In this document: piece after piece, positions 31,342-41,728 of the stretch
Position numbering within the stretch: position 1 is the stretch's first letter
Layout of the letters: each line of letters starts with the position of its first letter
Assembly: GCA_963703315.1 (NCBI GenBank)
Contig: OY969811.1
Coordinates: 4,480,001-4,544,000 of the forward strand
Reading direction: 5' to 3'
DNA from: an uncultured cyanobacterium
GTDB lineage: Bacteria; Cyanobacteriota; Cyanobacteriia; Pseudanabaenales; Pseudanabaenaceae
DNA: 64,000 bases
Notes under the pieces: generated by a model
Database searches by the model: none
The model's input: only the letters and a program-made list of their open reading frames with translations
Told to the model about the DNA's origin: nothing
Translations under genes and position numbers: made by a program

Positions 31342-33057
31342 CCCACATTCCGCTCGTAATGGAAGAAAAAAAACAATTACGAAACAGGAGCAGGGAGCAA
31401 ATAGTAGCGTTGGCAGGAGGGAGAAAAGAAATTCAAAATGTGAATCCGAAGAGGAGACAAATTAACAACTTGAGTGAGTCCCTGAAAAGAAACTAAATGA
31501 ACCGCCATAAAACATTGAAAAATCCAACGCAAAGTTGGCGAATTAGTGGGTTTACCCAATTGATTAGGAATAGTATCTTGAGCGATGGCTAAGGCAAGTC
31601 TGAGTTGACGTTGGGCTAAATTATAAACGAGCAAGCACAGTGCCATAATCATGCCCAAAGCCTCAATGCGTTTAGCAGACTTGAGAAAAACACTCGAAGT
31701 AAAAAACAAAGGATCTTTGAGGAAACGAAAACCACGCTCAGTGCTCTGCTGAGCCTTGTATTCCCGTAAAGCATCATCAGCCGTGAATTGTAAGGAATCA
31801 AGAATATTCGTGGCTAAAATAAACCTGCCACAACGCTGTTGCTGAGCCAAGATTTCTGAGTCTATAGGAATCACCGTTGCAGTAATCCGATAACTAATGC
31901 TGGTGGGTATAGCATCAGGTTGTGGCTTACCCCGTTTCGCATAATGTGGTTTTTCTACTGCCTGAATATGGTCGAGTTGATGCCATTTCATCTTGGTTGA
32001 TAATTTTTCAGCAGCAGCGATCGCGTCAGCAGCACAGGCAAAATCTTGTCCCGCCAAAGTGTGTAAATCTTGATGACATTTTTGCTGGACTTGCTCAAGC
32101 TTTTTGTCTAACTTTTTGATGTCTGATTTACGTCTTGCTTGGCTATCAACTAAAATCCATCTCTGTCTTACACCACCATACTCACTCACAGTTTCGGCTG
32201 TCCTGTATCCCTTAAATTTACTTTCTTGTAGGTCAGTTGTGCTTGACACTAAGTCACTTGCAGTTTTGATGCTTAATGGCACTCGGGTTAGCCATTTTAG
32301 TCCTGTCATTGCTACCAGATTTTCTTCACTGTATAGCGCTGCATCGCCTACGCATATTCCCTCAAATGTCCACTGGGTTTTGAATTCTTGTAATAGTCCT
32401 GCAAATCTTGCTTTGTCGGCTTGATTTCCACTTACCACTTCCATCATTACGGGAATGTCTCCATCTCCTACACAGATCAGGTTCATCATAAATTGCTTCA
32501 GGTCGGGGCGATGGTCGCGTGAATATCCGTGTGTGATTTCGATACTCCCTTCTTCCTCTCTGCCATATTCCCCATCTACGTGAAATGAGGTTGAGTCTAT
32601 ATGTCCTGTTTCTACCTTGACATCGTATTTCGCTACTGCTTTCAGGCTGATTCCTAAAAATGTCTCACTCAGTCCTGCTTCATGTAAGTCATCCAGTACT
32701 TTACCGATGCGGTCATCATTGATTTGTTCGGCTGTTATCCCTTCCCCCAATAAGTGCTCGGTTGGTTTTCCTTCAAAGAATTTACCAAACATATACAGGG
32801 GTGCTGATACAAATCCTAATCCATTCAGGAGCATGGCTTTGACAATTACTCCTGCACTTACTTTTTCTCTTGAGCTTCTCCCGATTATCGTGTTTATTTC
32901 TTCCACGATTCCCATCTCGTCGATGATTCCTGCCACGATCCCTAGATGGTCTAGGTTCGTTACTTTCATCTCTGTATTAATACCTGCCTCCTCTTTTTGC
33001 TCTTGTGCCTTACCTTTAGTTAATTATTTTACCCTTCCATTACGAGCGGAATGTGGG
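31342..33057 (-). mobile_element. IS1634-family insertion sequence, 1716 bp
   Basis: Perfect 24-bp terminal inverted repeats CCCACATTCCGCTCGTAATGGAAG (31342-31365 / 33034-33057) and 6-bp target duplication TTAAAA (31336-31341 / 33058-33063). Confidence 0.95.
31377..32969 (-). CDS. IS1634-family DDE transposase
   Basis: LDHLGIVAG, HIDSTSF, GYSRDHRPDLKQ, GRFILATN, ERGFRFLKDP. Confidence 0.93.
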   Translation of the reverse strand: MKVTNLDHLGIVAGIIDEMGIVEEINTIIGRSSREKVSAGVIVKAMLLNGLGFVSAPLYMFGKFFEGKPTEHLLGEGITAEQINDDRIGKVLDDLHEAGLSETFLGISLKAVAKYDVKVETGHIDSTSFHVDGEYGREEEGSIEITHGYSRDHRPDLKQFMMNLICVGDGDIPVMMEVVSGNQADKARFAGLLQEFKTQWTFEGICVGDAALYSEENLVAMTGLKWLTRVPLSIKTASDLVSSTTDLQESKFKGYRTAETVSEYGGVRQRWILVDSQARRKSDIKKLDKKLEQVQQKCHQDLHTLAGQDFACAADAIAAAEKLSTKMKWHQLDHIQAVEKPHYAKRGKPQPDAIPTSISYRITATVIPIDSEILAQQQRCGRFILATNILDSLQFTADDALREYKAQQSTERGFRFLKDPLFFTSSVFLKSAKRIEALGMIMALCLLVYNLAQRQLRLALAIAQDTIPNQLGKPTNSPTLRWIFQCFMAVHLVSFQGLTQVVNLSPLRIHILNFFSPSCQRYYLLPAPVS

Positions 33058-33168
33058 TTAAAAATTGCAGCGATCGCCATTGTTAACAATGCGATCGTGT
33101 TAACCAGAAACACTTCTGATTTTGGGCAAATTGCAAACTTACAAATAGAAGATTGGACACAGTAAATT

Positions 33169-33200
33169 GATCGCTGTTTGATTTTTGTGGAATGGCGAGC
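33169..33200 (+). repeat. HIP1-punctuated cassette-junction repeat R3
   Basis: GATCGC-TGTTTGATTTTTGTGGAATG-GCGAGC, 3 nt after the vapC stop. Confidence 0.85.
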
Positions 33201-33277
33201 ATTTGGCAAACGGCGTGCTAAAAGTTGCTTATTGGTTATAAACTCATTGGCTATAATAATTTGTATACGCTAAAAGC

Positions 33278-33553
33278 ATGAAATTTGAATGGGACGCAAA
33301 TAAACAACAACAAAATCAACAAAAGCATAAGATTTCCTTTGAAGAAGCAACAACCGTTTGGACTGATCCATTAGCTTTAATTGCTCCTGATCCAACTCAT
33401 TCAATAACAGAACAAAGAGAATGGATTATTGGACAATCATACGAAAGTCGTATATTAGTAGTTGTTTTCACAATGAGAGAAGAGATAATTAGAATTATCA
33501 GTGTTAGACCTGCCAATAAATCGGAAAGAAAAAAGTATGTCGAATCAACCTGA
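33278..33553 (+). CDS. brnT: BrnT family toxin
   Basis: MKFEWDANK...N..KHKISFEEA...EQR...IG...VVFT.R...IRIISVR.A...ER..Y. Confidence 0.9.
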   Translation: MKFEWDANKQQQNQQKHKISFEEATTVWTDPLALIAPDPTHSITEQREWIIGQSYESRILVVVFTMREEIIRIISVRPANKSERKKYVEST

Positions 33554-33806
33554 ATTTCCTTTTGCTAATGCCAGAAGAATTAGTGAATCAGAAGTAATAG
33601 CTGCCGAGCAAGCTATTAAACAACAATTTGGAATTAATCTCACACAGCATAAAGATTCAACTAAAAATGAAACAGAAAATTATCAATCAATTTCTATTCA
33701 GCTAGATCCTAAAATAATTGCTTGGGCAAAAGCTGAAGCTACAAAAAAAGGAGTTAAATATCAAGCAATCATTAATGAAGTACTTCTCAAGGCGATCGCT
33801 TTTTGA
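33537..33806 (+). CDS. brnA: BrnA family antitoxin
   Basis: ISIQLDPKII.W.K...YQAIINEVL; overlaps brnT; ends AIAF* inside the junction repeat. Confidence 0.85.
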   Translation: MSNQPEFPFANARRISESEVIAAEQAIKQQFGINLTQHKDSTKNETENYQSISIQLDPKIIAWAKAEATKKGVKYQAIINEVLLKAIAF

Positions 33807-33825
33807 TTTTGATGAAGGGGCGATC
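33792..33825 (+). repeat. HIP1-punctuated cassette-junction repeat R4
   Basis: GCGATCGC-TTTTTGATTTTGATGAAGGG-GCGATC. Confidence 0.8.
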
Positions 33826-33884
33826 TCTTTACCTCATGTTAGGATTTAACAAAGTAAATATACTTGTACACAATTAATTCTCTT

Positions 33885-34106
33885 ATGAACACCCTAGTAG
33901 AGATTAAAACAGCGATCGCTAGATTGTCTGATGACGAAACATCAGCATTATTATCGTGGCTACAAGAACGCTCAGAAGATGACTGGGATAAACAAATAAA
34001 GAAAGACTCTGAGCTGGGTAAATTAGACAAAATTATCCAACGAACAAAAGCCCATATCGCCGCCAATCGCGTCAAGAAACTGGATGAAGTCATTAACAAC
34101 TCCTGA
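33885..34106 (+). CDS. Putative antitoxin
   Basis: EIKTAIARL...WDKQIKKD..GKLD; overlaps the downstream RelE-like toxin. Confidence 0.65.
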   Translation: MNTLVEIKTAIARLSDDETSALLSWLQERSEDDWDKQIKKDSELGKLDKIIQRTKAHIAANRVKKLDEVINNS

Positions 34107-34347
34107 TTTTTGGGAGGCTTACGTAGCTTTGCCGCCATCCATCAAAGCCCAAGCCAAAAAAACTTATCAAATCTGGCTAAGCGATCGCTTTTATCCATCC
34201 CTACATTTCAAAAAAGTCAATCAAAATCTATGGTCTATTCGCATCAATAGAGAATATCGAGCTTTAGCCTTAAAAGAAGGAGATGATTATTACTGGTTTT
34301 GGATCGGTTTGCATGACGAATACGACAGATTAATTGATGAAAATTAA
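34084..34347 (+). CDS. RelE/ParE-superfamily toxin
   Basis: TTPDFWEAY..LP, YPSLHFKKV, WSIRINREYRAL, WFWIGLHDEYD. Confidence 0.8.
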   Translation: MKSLTTPDFWEAYVALPPSIKAQAKKTYQIWLSDRFYPSLHFKKVNQNLWSIRINREYRALALKEGDDYYWFWIGLHDEYDRLIDEN

Positions 34348-34348
34348 T

Positions 34349-34428
34349 ATTGAGGAGGCGATCGCTGTTTGATTTTTGTATGGAGTGGCGATAGTGATTT
34401 TAGGTGTTGAGGTGCGATCGCTGTTTGA
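34349..34428 (+). repeat. HIP1-punctuated cassette-junction repeat R5
   Basis: TTGAGGAG-GCGATCGC-TGTTTGATTTTTGTATGGAGTG-GCGATAGT-GATTTTAGGTGTTGAGGT-GCGATCGC-TGTTTGA. Confidence 0.9.
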
Positions 34429-34446
34429 ATATTGTAAAATCAAATA

Positions 34447-34675
34447 ATAGGGTAAGAAAGAAAAACTACTTGAACTCCTAAAAAACAGTCCCAACAACGT
34501 GACGTTTGGCGATATTCGTAAACTTTTAGAGCTAGAAGGTTTTGACTTGGATAGAATTACAGGTAGTCATCATATTTTCAAAAGAGATGAAGTAGTTCTA
34601 GTCATCCCAGTCCACAACAACCGAGTCAAGTCTGTATATGTTAAAAGAGTCGTAGAACTCATAGAAGGAGAATAA
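34447..34675 (+). pseudogene. hicA: Second hicA copy with destroyed start codon
   Basis: Near-identical to 30238-30471 but AATAATG-GGT has become AATAATAG-GGT (in-frame TAG 34448-34450); only an internal GTG at 34499 remains. Confidence 0.8.
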
Positions 34676-34677
34676 TT

Positions 34678-34905
34678 ATGAGATATCCAATAGTAATTTA
34701 TCCCTGTGAAGAAGGTGGTTTTGTTGCTGAAATTCCAGCTTTAAAAGGATGTTTAGCTCAAGGTGAAACCCTAGAAGAAACTTTGCAAGAGTTAATTACA
34801 GTAAGAACTTTGTGGCTAGAGACAGCCCAAAAGCATGGTCAAAAACTTCCAGATGAAAGTAAGGCGATCGCTAGAGTAAAAGCATTAAGTGCGATCGCTG
34901 TTTGA
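34678..34905 (+). CDS. hicB: HicB family antitoxin, second copy
   Basis: Differs from the 30468-30695 protein only at residue 2 (K to R). Confidence 0.88.
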   Translation: MRYPIVIYPCEEGGFVAEIPALKGCLAQGETLEETLQELITVRTLWLETAQKHGQKLPDESKAIARVKALSAIAV

Positions 34906-35011
34906 TTTTTGTGAAGTAGCGATCGCGATGCTTTTTGTTGTTGATGGGGCGATCGTGCTATTTGGGTTGAGATTAGGGGCGATCGCTAGTTGATTTTGGT
35001 GGAGTGGCGAT
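34891..35011 (+). repeat. HIP1-punctuated cassette-junction repeat R6
   Basis: Five GCGAT(CGC) cores separated by linkers such as TGTTTGATTTTTGTGAAGTA and TAGTTGATTTTGGTGGAGTG. Confidence 0.9.
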
Positions 35012-35042
35012 TATTATGTTTATTGTAGTTAGGTAGACCCAA

Positions 35043-35300
35043 ATGCCAACAGTTTTATATGTAAAGGGCTGGCGATTTTTCTTTTATTCAGATGAAGGAA
35101 ACGAGCCAATTCATATTCATGTTCAGAAAGGAGACAGCGAATGTAAATATTGGCTAGACATTGATCTATACGAAATCCGTGAGGCTTACTCCTATGGAAT
35201 GTCATCACGCGATACGAGAGAAGTTAAGAAAATAATTTTACAAAACTTTGATGAAATAGTAGAAGAATGGCAAGCATTCAGGAGTCAGCAAAATGGATAA
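35043..35300 (+). CDS. DUF4160 family protein (predicted TA component)
   Basis: MPTV...GWRFFFYSDE..EPIHIHV...CKYWL. Confidence 0.8.
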   Translation: MPTVLYVKGWRFFFYSDEGNEPIHIHVQKGDSECKYWLDIDLYEIREAYSYGMSSRDTREVKKIILQNFDEIVEEWQAFRSQQNG

Positions 35301-35538
35301 GCAATACAACGTATCGAATATAGAATTTAGTGGCGAATGGATAATTCTATCGGTTAATGAAGAAACCTATCAAATCCCAATTGTTCAAGCTTCTAAAAAA
35401 CTTGCTCAAGCAACAGATATTGAACGTAAGATGTACCGCATTTCTCCATCAGGTTATGGGATTCATTGGTATGCGATCGATGAAGATTTAACAACTAAAG
35501 GACTTATTAAGTTAGCCACAGTTGCCCAAACAGCTTAA
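35293..35538 (+). CDS. DUF2442 family protein (predicted TA component)
   Basis: L..AT..ER...ISPSGYGIHWYAIDEDL; overlaps the DUF4160 gene. Confidence 0.8.
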   Translation: MDKQYNVSNIEFSGEWIILSVNEETYQIPIVQASKKLAQATDIERKMYRISPSGYGIHWYAIDEDLTTKGLIKLATVAQTA

Positions 35539-35545
35539 ACAATGG

Positions 35546-35578
35546 GCGATCGCTGTTTGATTTTTGTGAAGTAGCGAT
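35546..35578 (+). repeat. HIP1-punctuated cassette-junction repeat R7
   Basis: GCGATCGC-TGTTTGATTTTTGTGAAGTA-GCGAT. Confidence 0.88.
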
Positions 35579-35644
35579 ATTACACCCATTAAATTTGTTT
35601 TTTGCTAGACTACATACCAGATACTCATCACTTTGAGGTTATTT

Positions 35645-35872
35645 ATGAGATCAATAGAGCTACTTACGAAAGAATTATTATCTCTCCCTAGTATTTCTAG
35701 AGCGCTATTAGCAGAAAAACTAGTCGAAAGCCTAGAATTTGACACCGATCCAACTGTTCAGGCAACATGGACAGCCGAAGCAAAAAAAAGACGTGATGCA
35801 GTCCGTGATAGTTCTGTTCAAACAATCGAAGGAGAAGATGCTCTAGCTCAGGTAAGACGGTTACTTGCGTAA
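35645..35872 (+). CDS. Addiction-module antitoxin (TIGR02574-like)
   Basis: LSLP..SRALLAEKLVESL...W.AEAKKR; TAATG overlap with the toxin. Confidence 0.8.
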   Translation: MRSIELLTKELLSLPSISRALLAEKLVESLEFDTDPTVQATWTAEAKKRRDAVRDSSVQTIEGEDALAQVRRLLA

Positions 35873-36162
35873 TGAAGTATGTATTTCATCCCGAAGCACT
35901 TGCTGAATATTCTGATGCAGTTCAATATTATGCTGAACAGAGAACAGAAATTGCCCAAGCATTTATCAATGCAATTGAAGATGCAATTTTTCGGATTAAG
36001 GAATCTCCTAATCGTTACGCCGCAATTGATGAAGATATTCGACGATGCATGACACGAAAATTCCCCTACGGAATCCTCTATACGATTGAGGAAGATTATA
36101 TTCTGATCTTAGCCGTGATGCATTGCAGTCGAGAAGTTGGATATTGGAAAAATAGGAAGTAA
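35872..36162 (+). CDS. ParE/RelE family toxin
   Basis: FHPEALAEY..A..YY, RRC...KFPYGILY, ILAVMH.SR..GYW. Confidence 0.88.
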   Translation: MKYVFHPEALAEYSDAVQYYAEQRTEIAQAFINAIEDAIFRIKESPNRYAAIDEDIRRCMTRKFPYGILYTIEEDYILILAVMHCSREVGYWKNRK

Positions 36163-36163
36163 G

Positions 36164-36173
36164 GCGATCGCTG
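36164..36173 (+). repeat. Minimal junction R8 (single HIP1 plus TG)
   Basis: GCGATCGCTG 1 nt after the parE stop. Confidence 0.5.
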
Positions 36174-36200
36174 ATTACAAAATTTACATTGATATAACCC

Positions 36201-36229
36201 TTCGCATTTAACGTGCCACGTTATATGAT
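36201..36229 (+). promoter_or_regulatory. higBA promoter with palindromic operator
   Basis: TTCGCA-17 nt-TATGAT; the spacer contains the perfect inverted repeat TAACGTG-C-CACGTTA (36209-36223). Confidence 0.6.
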
Positions 36230-36257
36230 ACGAATATAAACTTACTATTCCTTAGTC

Positions 36258-36539
36258 GTGATCCGAAGCTTTAAGGATAAAGAAACTCAAAAAATCTTTG
36301 AGAGACTGCGATCGCGTAAATTGCCATCAGAAATTCAACAAGTAGCCTTACGAAAATTGCGTATGCTAAATCAGTCACCCACTCTTCAAGAACTTCGTAT
36401 TCCACCAGCAAATCGATTAGAACGACTAAGTGGCGATCGTGAAGGTCAATATAGCATTCGGATTAACAATCAATGGCGTATTTGCTTTGAATGGCAAAAT
36501 GATGACGCTTTCAATGTGGAAATTGTTGATTATCATTGA
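36258..36539 (+). CDS. higB: HigB toxin (plasmid maintenance killer family)
   Basis: MIRSFKDKET, PPANRLERLSGDREGQYSIRINNQWRICF, EIVDYH. Confidence 0.93.
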   Translation: MIRSFKDKETQKIFERLRSRKLPSEIQQVALRKLRMLNQSPTLQELRIPPANRLERLSGDREGQYSIRINNQWRICFEWQNDDAFNVEIVDYH

Positions 36540-36548
36540 GGAATCAAA

Positions 36549-36845
36549 ATGAACGAAGATAAACTTAATCCAATTCATCCTGGGGAAGTTCTTTTAGAAG
36601 AATTTCTTAAACCGATGAACTTGAGTCAAAATCAACTAGCGTTAGCTCTTCGAGTTCCCGCCCGACGTATTAACGAAATCATTCACGGTAAACGACGAAT
36701 CACCACAGATACGGCAATTCGCTTAGCATTCTATTTCAATATGTCCCCCAGATTTTGGCTTGGATTACAAATGGATTACGATTTAGATATAGCTGAAGAT
36801 GAAGTTGGAGAAAAACTAAAAATGGAAGTAGCAGTTTTTAGCTAA
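36549..36845 (+). CDS. higA: HigA antitoxin (HTH)
   Basis: PIHPGEVLLEEFL, RINEIIHGKRRIT, FWLGLQ..YDL. Confidence 0.93.
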   Translation: MNEDKLNPIHPGEVLLEEFLKPMNLSQNQLALALRVPARRINEIIHGKRRITTDTAIRLAFYFNMSPRFWLGLQMDYDLDIAEDEVGEKLKMEVAVFS

Positions 36846-36846
36846 A

Positions 36847-36912
36847 GCGATCGCTGTTTGATTTTTTGAAGTGGCGATCGCCCAGCATTGCACTAATTGT
36901 GAGGGCGATCGC
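36847..36912 (+). repeat. HIP1-punctuated cassette-junction repeat R9 (end of array 1)
   Basis: GCGATCGC-TGTTTGATTTTTTGAAGTG-GCGATCGC-23 nt-GCGATCGC. Confidence 0.88.
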
Positions 36913-36934
36913 TTGTGAGAGATAGAACTTGTGA

Positions 36935-39202
<2,268 letters not shown>

Positions 39203-39260
39203 TTAAATGATACATGGCTTAGTTAATCTGATTCGTATCGGTTTTATCCAGAAAATAGCG

Positions 39261-39366
39261 ATCGAGCTTCACCTAAAATATAGACAAAATTACCGATGTT
39301 CGCTTTGAAACCAATTCCACTACCACGCGATCCGCTCCAACGATGCCGATGATAAGCCCCAAATGA
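39261..39366 (+). pseudogene. Decayed internal fragment of the hutX-like gene (copy of 28452-28575)
   Basis: ATCGAGCTTCACCTAAAATATAGACAAAATTACCGATGTTCGCTTTGAAACC...GATAAGCCCCAAATGA aligns by eye to 28452-28575, with a frameshift and an ~18-bp deletion. Confidence 0.85.
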
Positions 39367-39476
39367 TTCTGTAATAAGGTAAGATAACCCACTGAGAGTC
39401 TGTAGGAAATATACTATGTTTTTAAGCTATATTTAAATATTAGATAAGTCTATAAAGAAAATAACCAGTTATATAT

Positions 39477-40736
39477 ATGGTAAAAGCTGTTATGTCCAAT
39501 CTAAAACTTTTTGAGGAAGAAAAAAAGGATTTAACTTTCTTTGAAGAAAAAGAAGATACAGATAGTGATTCTGATGATCTCCAAAAACTATTAGAAGAGA
39601 TTGCCGAAATCCTCGTGACTGGGACTGATTGGACAACAAGAACTTTACTAGATCAACTTGTGAGGGAAAATATTCAATTAAATCCAAGATTTCAAAGACG
39701 TGATGCGTGGAATATCGTACGAAAAAGTAGATTTATAGAATCAATTATTCTTGGATTTCCTATCCCACACATAGTTTTAGCATCTAATCAAAAAGAACGA
39801 GGAAAATTCGTTGTTCTTGATGGTAAGCAACGCCTACTTACGATTCTTCAATTTTACGGTAAAAGCACGGCGACAAAAAATAATAATTTCTCTTTGAGAG
39901 GATTAGAATTCAGGAAAGATCTAGATGGTCTTTCGTATAAAGATTTAGAAAATAATCCAGACTATGCTTCTATAGTTGCACCTCTTGATAATCAGACTAT
40001 TCGCACTATCTTGATCCGAAATTGGCATACTGAATCTTTTCTCTATAAAATCTTTTTACGTCTTAATGTTGAAAGTACGCCTTTATCACCTCAAGAACTT
40101 AGACAGGCACTTCATCCAGGTGATTTTGTCAACTTTTTAGACGATCAATCGGTTGCTAGTCAATCGTTGAGGCGAATTTTTAAGTCAAAAGAGCCTGATT
40201 TTAGGATGAGAGACAATGAATTGCTTATGAGGTTTATGGGATTTCATTATTTCTTACCTGAGTATCGTGGCACATTAAAAGCTTTTCTAGATATGACTTG
40301 TAAAAGGCTTAATGAAGAATGGGAAAATAAAGCAGACGATATTAAGGAAGCCGCTAATCAGTTTGAATACGCTATAGAAGTAACTATTGAGATATTTGGA
40401 GAAAGACATTTCTCCCGTCTTTGGCTAGATAAATCACAAACATATCGCAGTCAATTTAATAGAGCGATTTTAGATGCTATGGTTTTCTATTTTTCTGATC
40501 CTATTATTAGAAATGTAGCAGTAACTAGAAAAGAATCAATAAATACCGCATTCAAGGAACTATGTTCTTCTACTGGAAATGGATTTAGAGAATCTGTCGA
40601 GGGTAATACAAAAAATATTGGTGAAACCTTTACTCGCTTATCTTTATGGGGGAAAACTCTTAGAGATATATTAGATATAGATTTCAATGTACCTGATTTA
40701 ATTGAAAACCGCATAGTCTTCACCAGTTTACATTAG
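39477..40736 (+). CDS. DUF262 (GmrSD N-terminal/ParB-like) domain protein
   Basis: P.FQR..W, FIESI..G.PIP, VLDGKQRL, IFLRLN...PLSPQELR. Confidence 0.85.
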   Translation: MVKAVMSNLKLFEEEKKDLTFFEEKEDTDSDSDDLQKLLEEIAEILVTGTDWTTRTLLDQLVRENIQLNPRFQRRDAWNIVRKSRFIESIILGFPIPHIVLASNQKERGKFVVLDGKQRLLTILQFYGKSTATKNNNFSLRGLEFRKDLDGLSYKDLENNPDYASIVAPLDNQTIRTILIRNWHTESFLYKIFLRLNVESTPLSPQELRQALHPGDFVNFLDDQSVASQSLRRIFKSKEPDFRMRDNELLMRFMGFHYFLPEYRGTLKAFLDMTCKRLNEEWENKADDIKEAANQFEYAIEVTIEIFGERHFSRLWLDKSQTYRSQFNRAILDAMVFYFSDPIIRNVAVTRKESINTAFKELCSSTGNGFRESVEGNTKNIGETFTRLSLWGKTLRDILDIDFNVPDLIENRIVFTSLH

Positions 40737-40750
40737 TTTCTATTTAGAAT

Positions 40751-41344
40751 ATGTCGATTTCAAGAAGGTTTCGTGATTTAGAGAGAGAGCTAAGTAGACT
40801 AAAAAAGCAATTTCTACCTAAAATTAGTCCTACTGGCTCATATTCTGATAGAAAGCTGTCCTTAACTATTGCTTATAGAGTTTTAGCTCATGCTGAGATT
40901 GAATCCTATCTTGAGAATAGAGCTGAGGAAGTAGTTCTCTATGCAAAGAGAAAATGGGATGTTGATGGCAATTCTAGTCGCGCATTGGTTGCTATTGTGG
41001 CTTTTGCAGAAAACAAGCGAACTGCATCTGCGCCATTCTTAAATGATAAAATAAGATTTGCAGTTGATATTTTTCAGACTGCAATCCGAGAAAATCATGG
41101 AATAAAAGAAAAGAATATTCTGAATTTGATGTTGCCAATAGGTATAGATAATAATGATTTAGATACTGTTTTCTTGGCTAATATGAATACGTTTGGAGAA
41201 GATAGAGGTCTTGTAGCGCATTCATCAGCAACACTATATAGAGTAACAAATTTACCAGATCCTGCTACTGAGTTAAATAGAATACAGCAAATTACTAATG
41301 ACCTTAGAAATTTAGATCAGCTAATAAGTGCTTTGATGGAATAA
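40751..41344 (+). CDS. HEPN-domain protein (RiboL-PSP/MAE_28990-like)
   Basis: LAHAEIESYLE helix and Rx4H motif RGLVAH; 14 nt after the DUF262 gene. Confidence 0.75.
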   Translation: MSISRRFRDLERELSRLKKQFLPKISPTGSYSDRKLSLTIAYRVLAHAEIESYLENRAEEVVLYAKRKWDVDGNSSRALVAIVAFAENKRTASAPFLNDKIRFAVDIFQTAIRENHGIKEKNILNLMLPIGIDNNDLDTVFLANMNTFGEDRGLVAHSSATLYRVTNLPDPATELNRIQQITNDLRNLDQLISALME

Positions 41345-41352
41345 AGAATGTA

Positions 41353-41499
41353 GTGATCGCTGTTTGATTTTTGTAGAGAGGTGATCGTGATGTTTTTGGG
41401 TGTTGAGAGGGCGATCACTGTTTCATTTTTGTGGAATGGCGATCGTGATATTGAAGTGTTGAGGGGGCGATCGCTGTTTGATTTTTGATTGGGGCGATC
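41353..41499 (+). repeat. HIP1-punctuated cassette-junction repeat R10 (longest)
   Basis: Six HIP1-like cores with alternating linkers A (TGTTTGATTTTTGTRGARDG) and B (GATNTTTGGGTGTTGAGRGG). Confidence 0.9.
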
Positions 41500-41536
41500 A
41501 TGTTAATCTATAAAATATAAATTAGGGAACAAAGAT

Positions 41537-41728
41537 ATGACTGCTGTAGTACAAGAGCTTCTAAATACCTTTGATAATCTCACATACGCAGAAAGACTAG
41601 ACTTATTATCAGAAATTCTAAGACGAACAGTTGACTTAGAATTTGAACCATTATCTGATGAAGAACTAACATTGAACGCCGAAGACCTGTTTCTAACGTT
41701 GGACGAAGAAGAGTTAGCCGATGAGTAG
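41537..41728 (+). CDS. Putative acidic antitoxin
   Basis: 63 aa, very acidic C-terminus; overlaps the MazF-like toxin. Confidence 0.7.
   Translation: MTAVVQELLNTFDNLTYAERLDLLSEILRRTVDLEFEPLSDEELTLNAEDLFLTLDEEELADE

Larger units (their letters stand above)
31021..33165 (+). pseudogene. vapC: VapC/PIN toxin interrupted by IS1634 (segments 31021-31341 and 33064-33165)
   Basis: Removing the IS and one TTAAAA copy restores a 140-aa ORF: MYILDTD...SYEEQ...GTMDLKIAAIAIVNNAIVLTRNTSDF...IEDWTQ. Confidence 0.92.

Noticed and set aside
32617..33165. 182-aa ORF on the + strand
   Set aside because: It is the antisense of the transposase fused in frame to the orphaned 3' end of vapC.
41353..41499. CRISPR array interpretation of the periodic repeats
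   Set aside because: The sequences between HIP1 cores are two recurring linkers rather than unique spacers, the conserved core is only 8 bp, and no cas genes are present.
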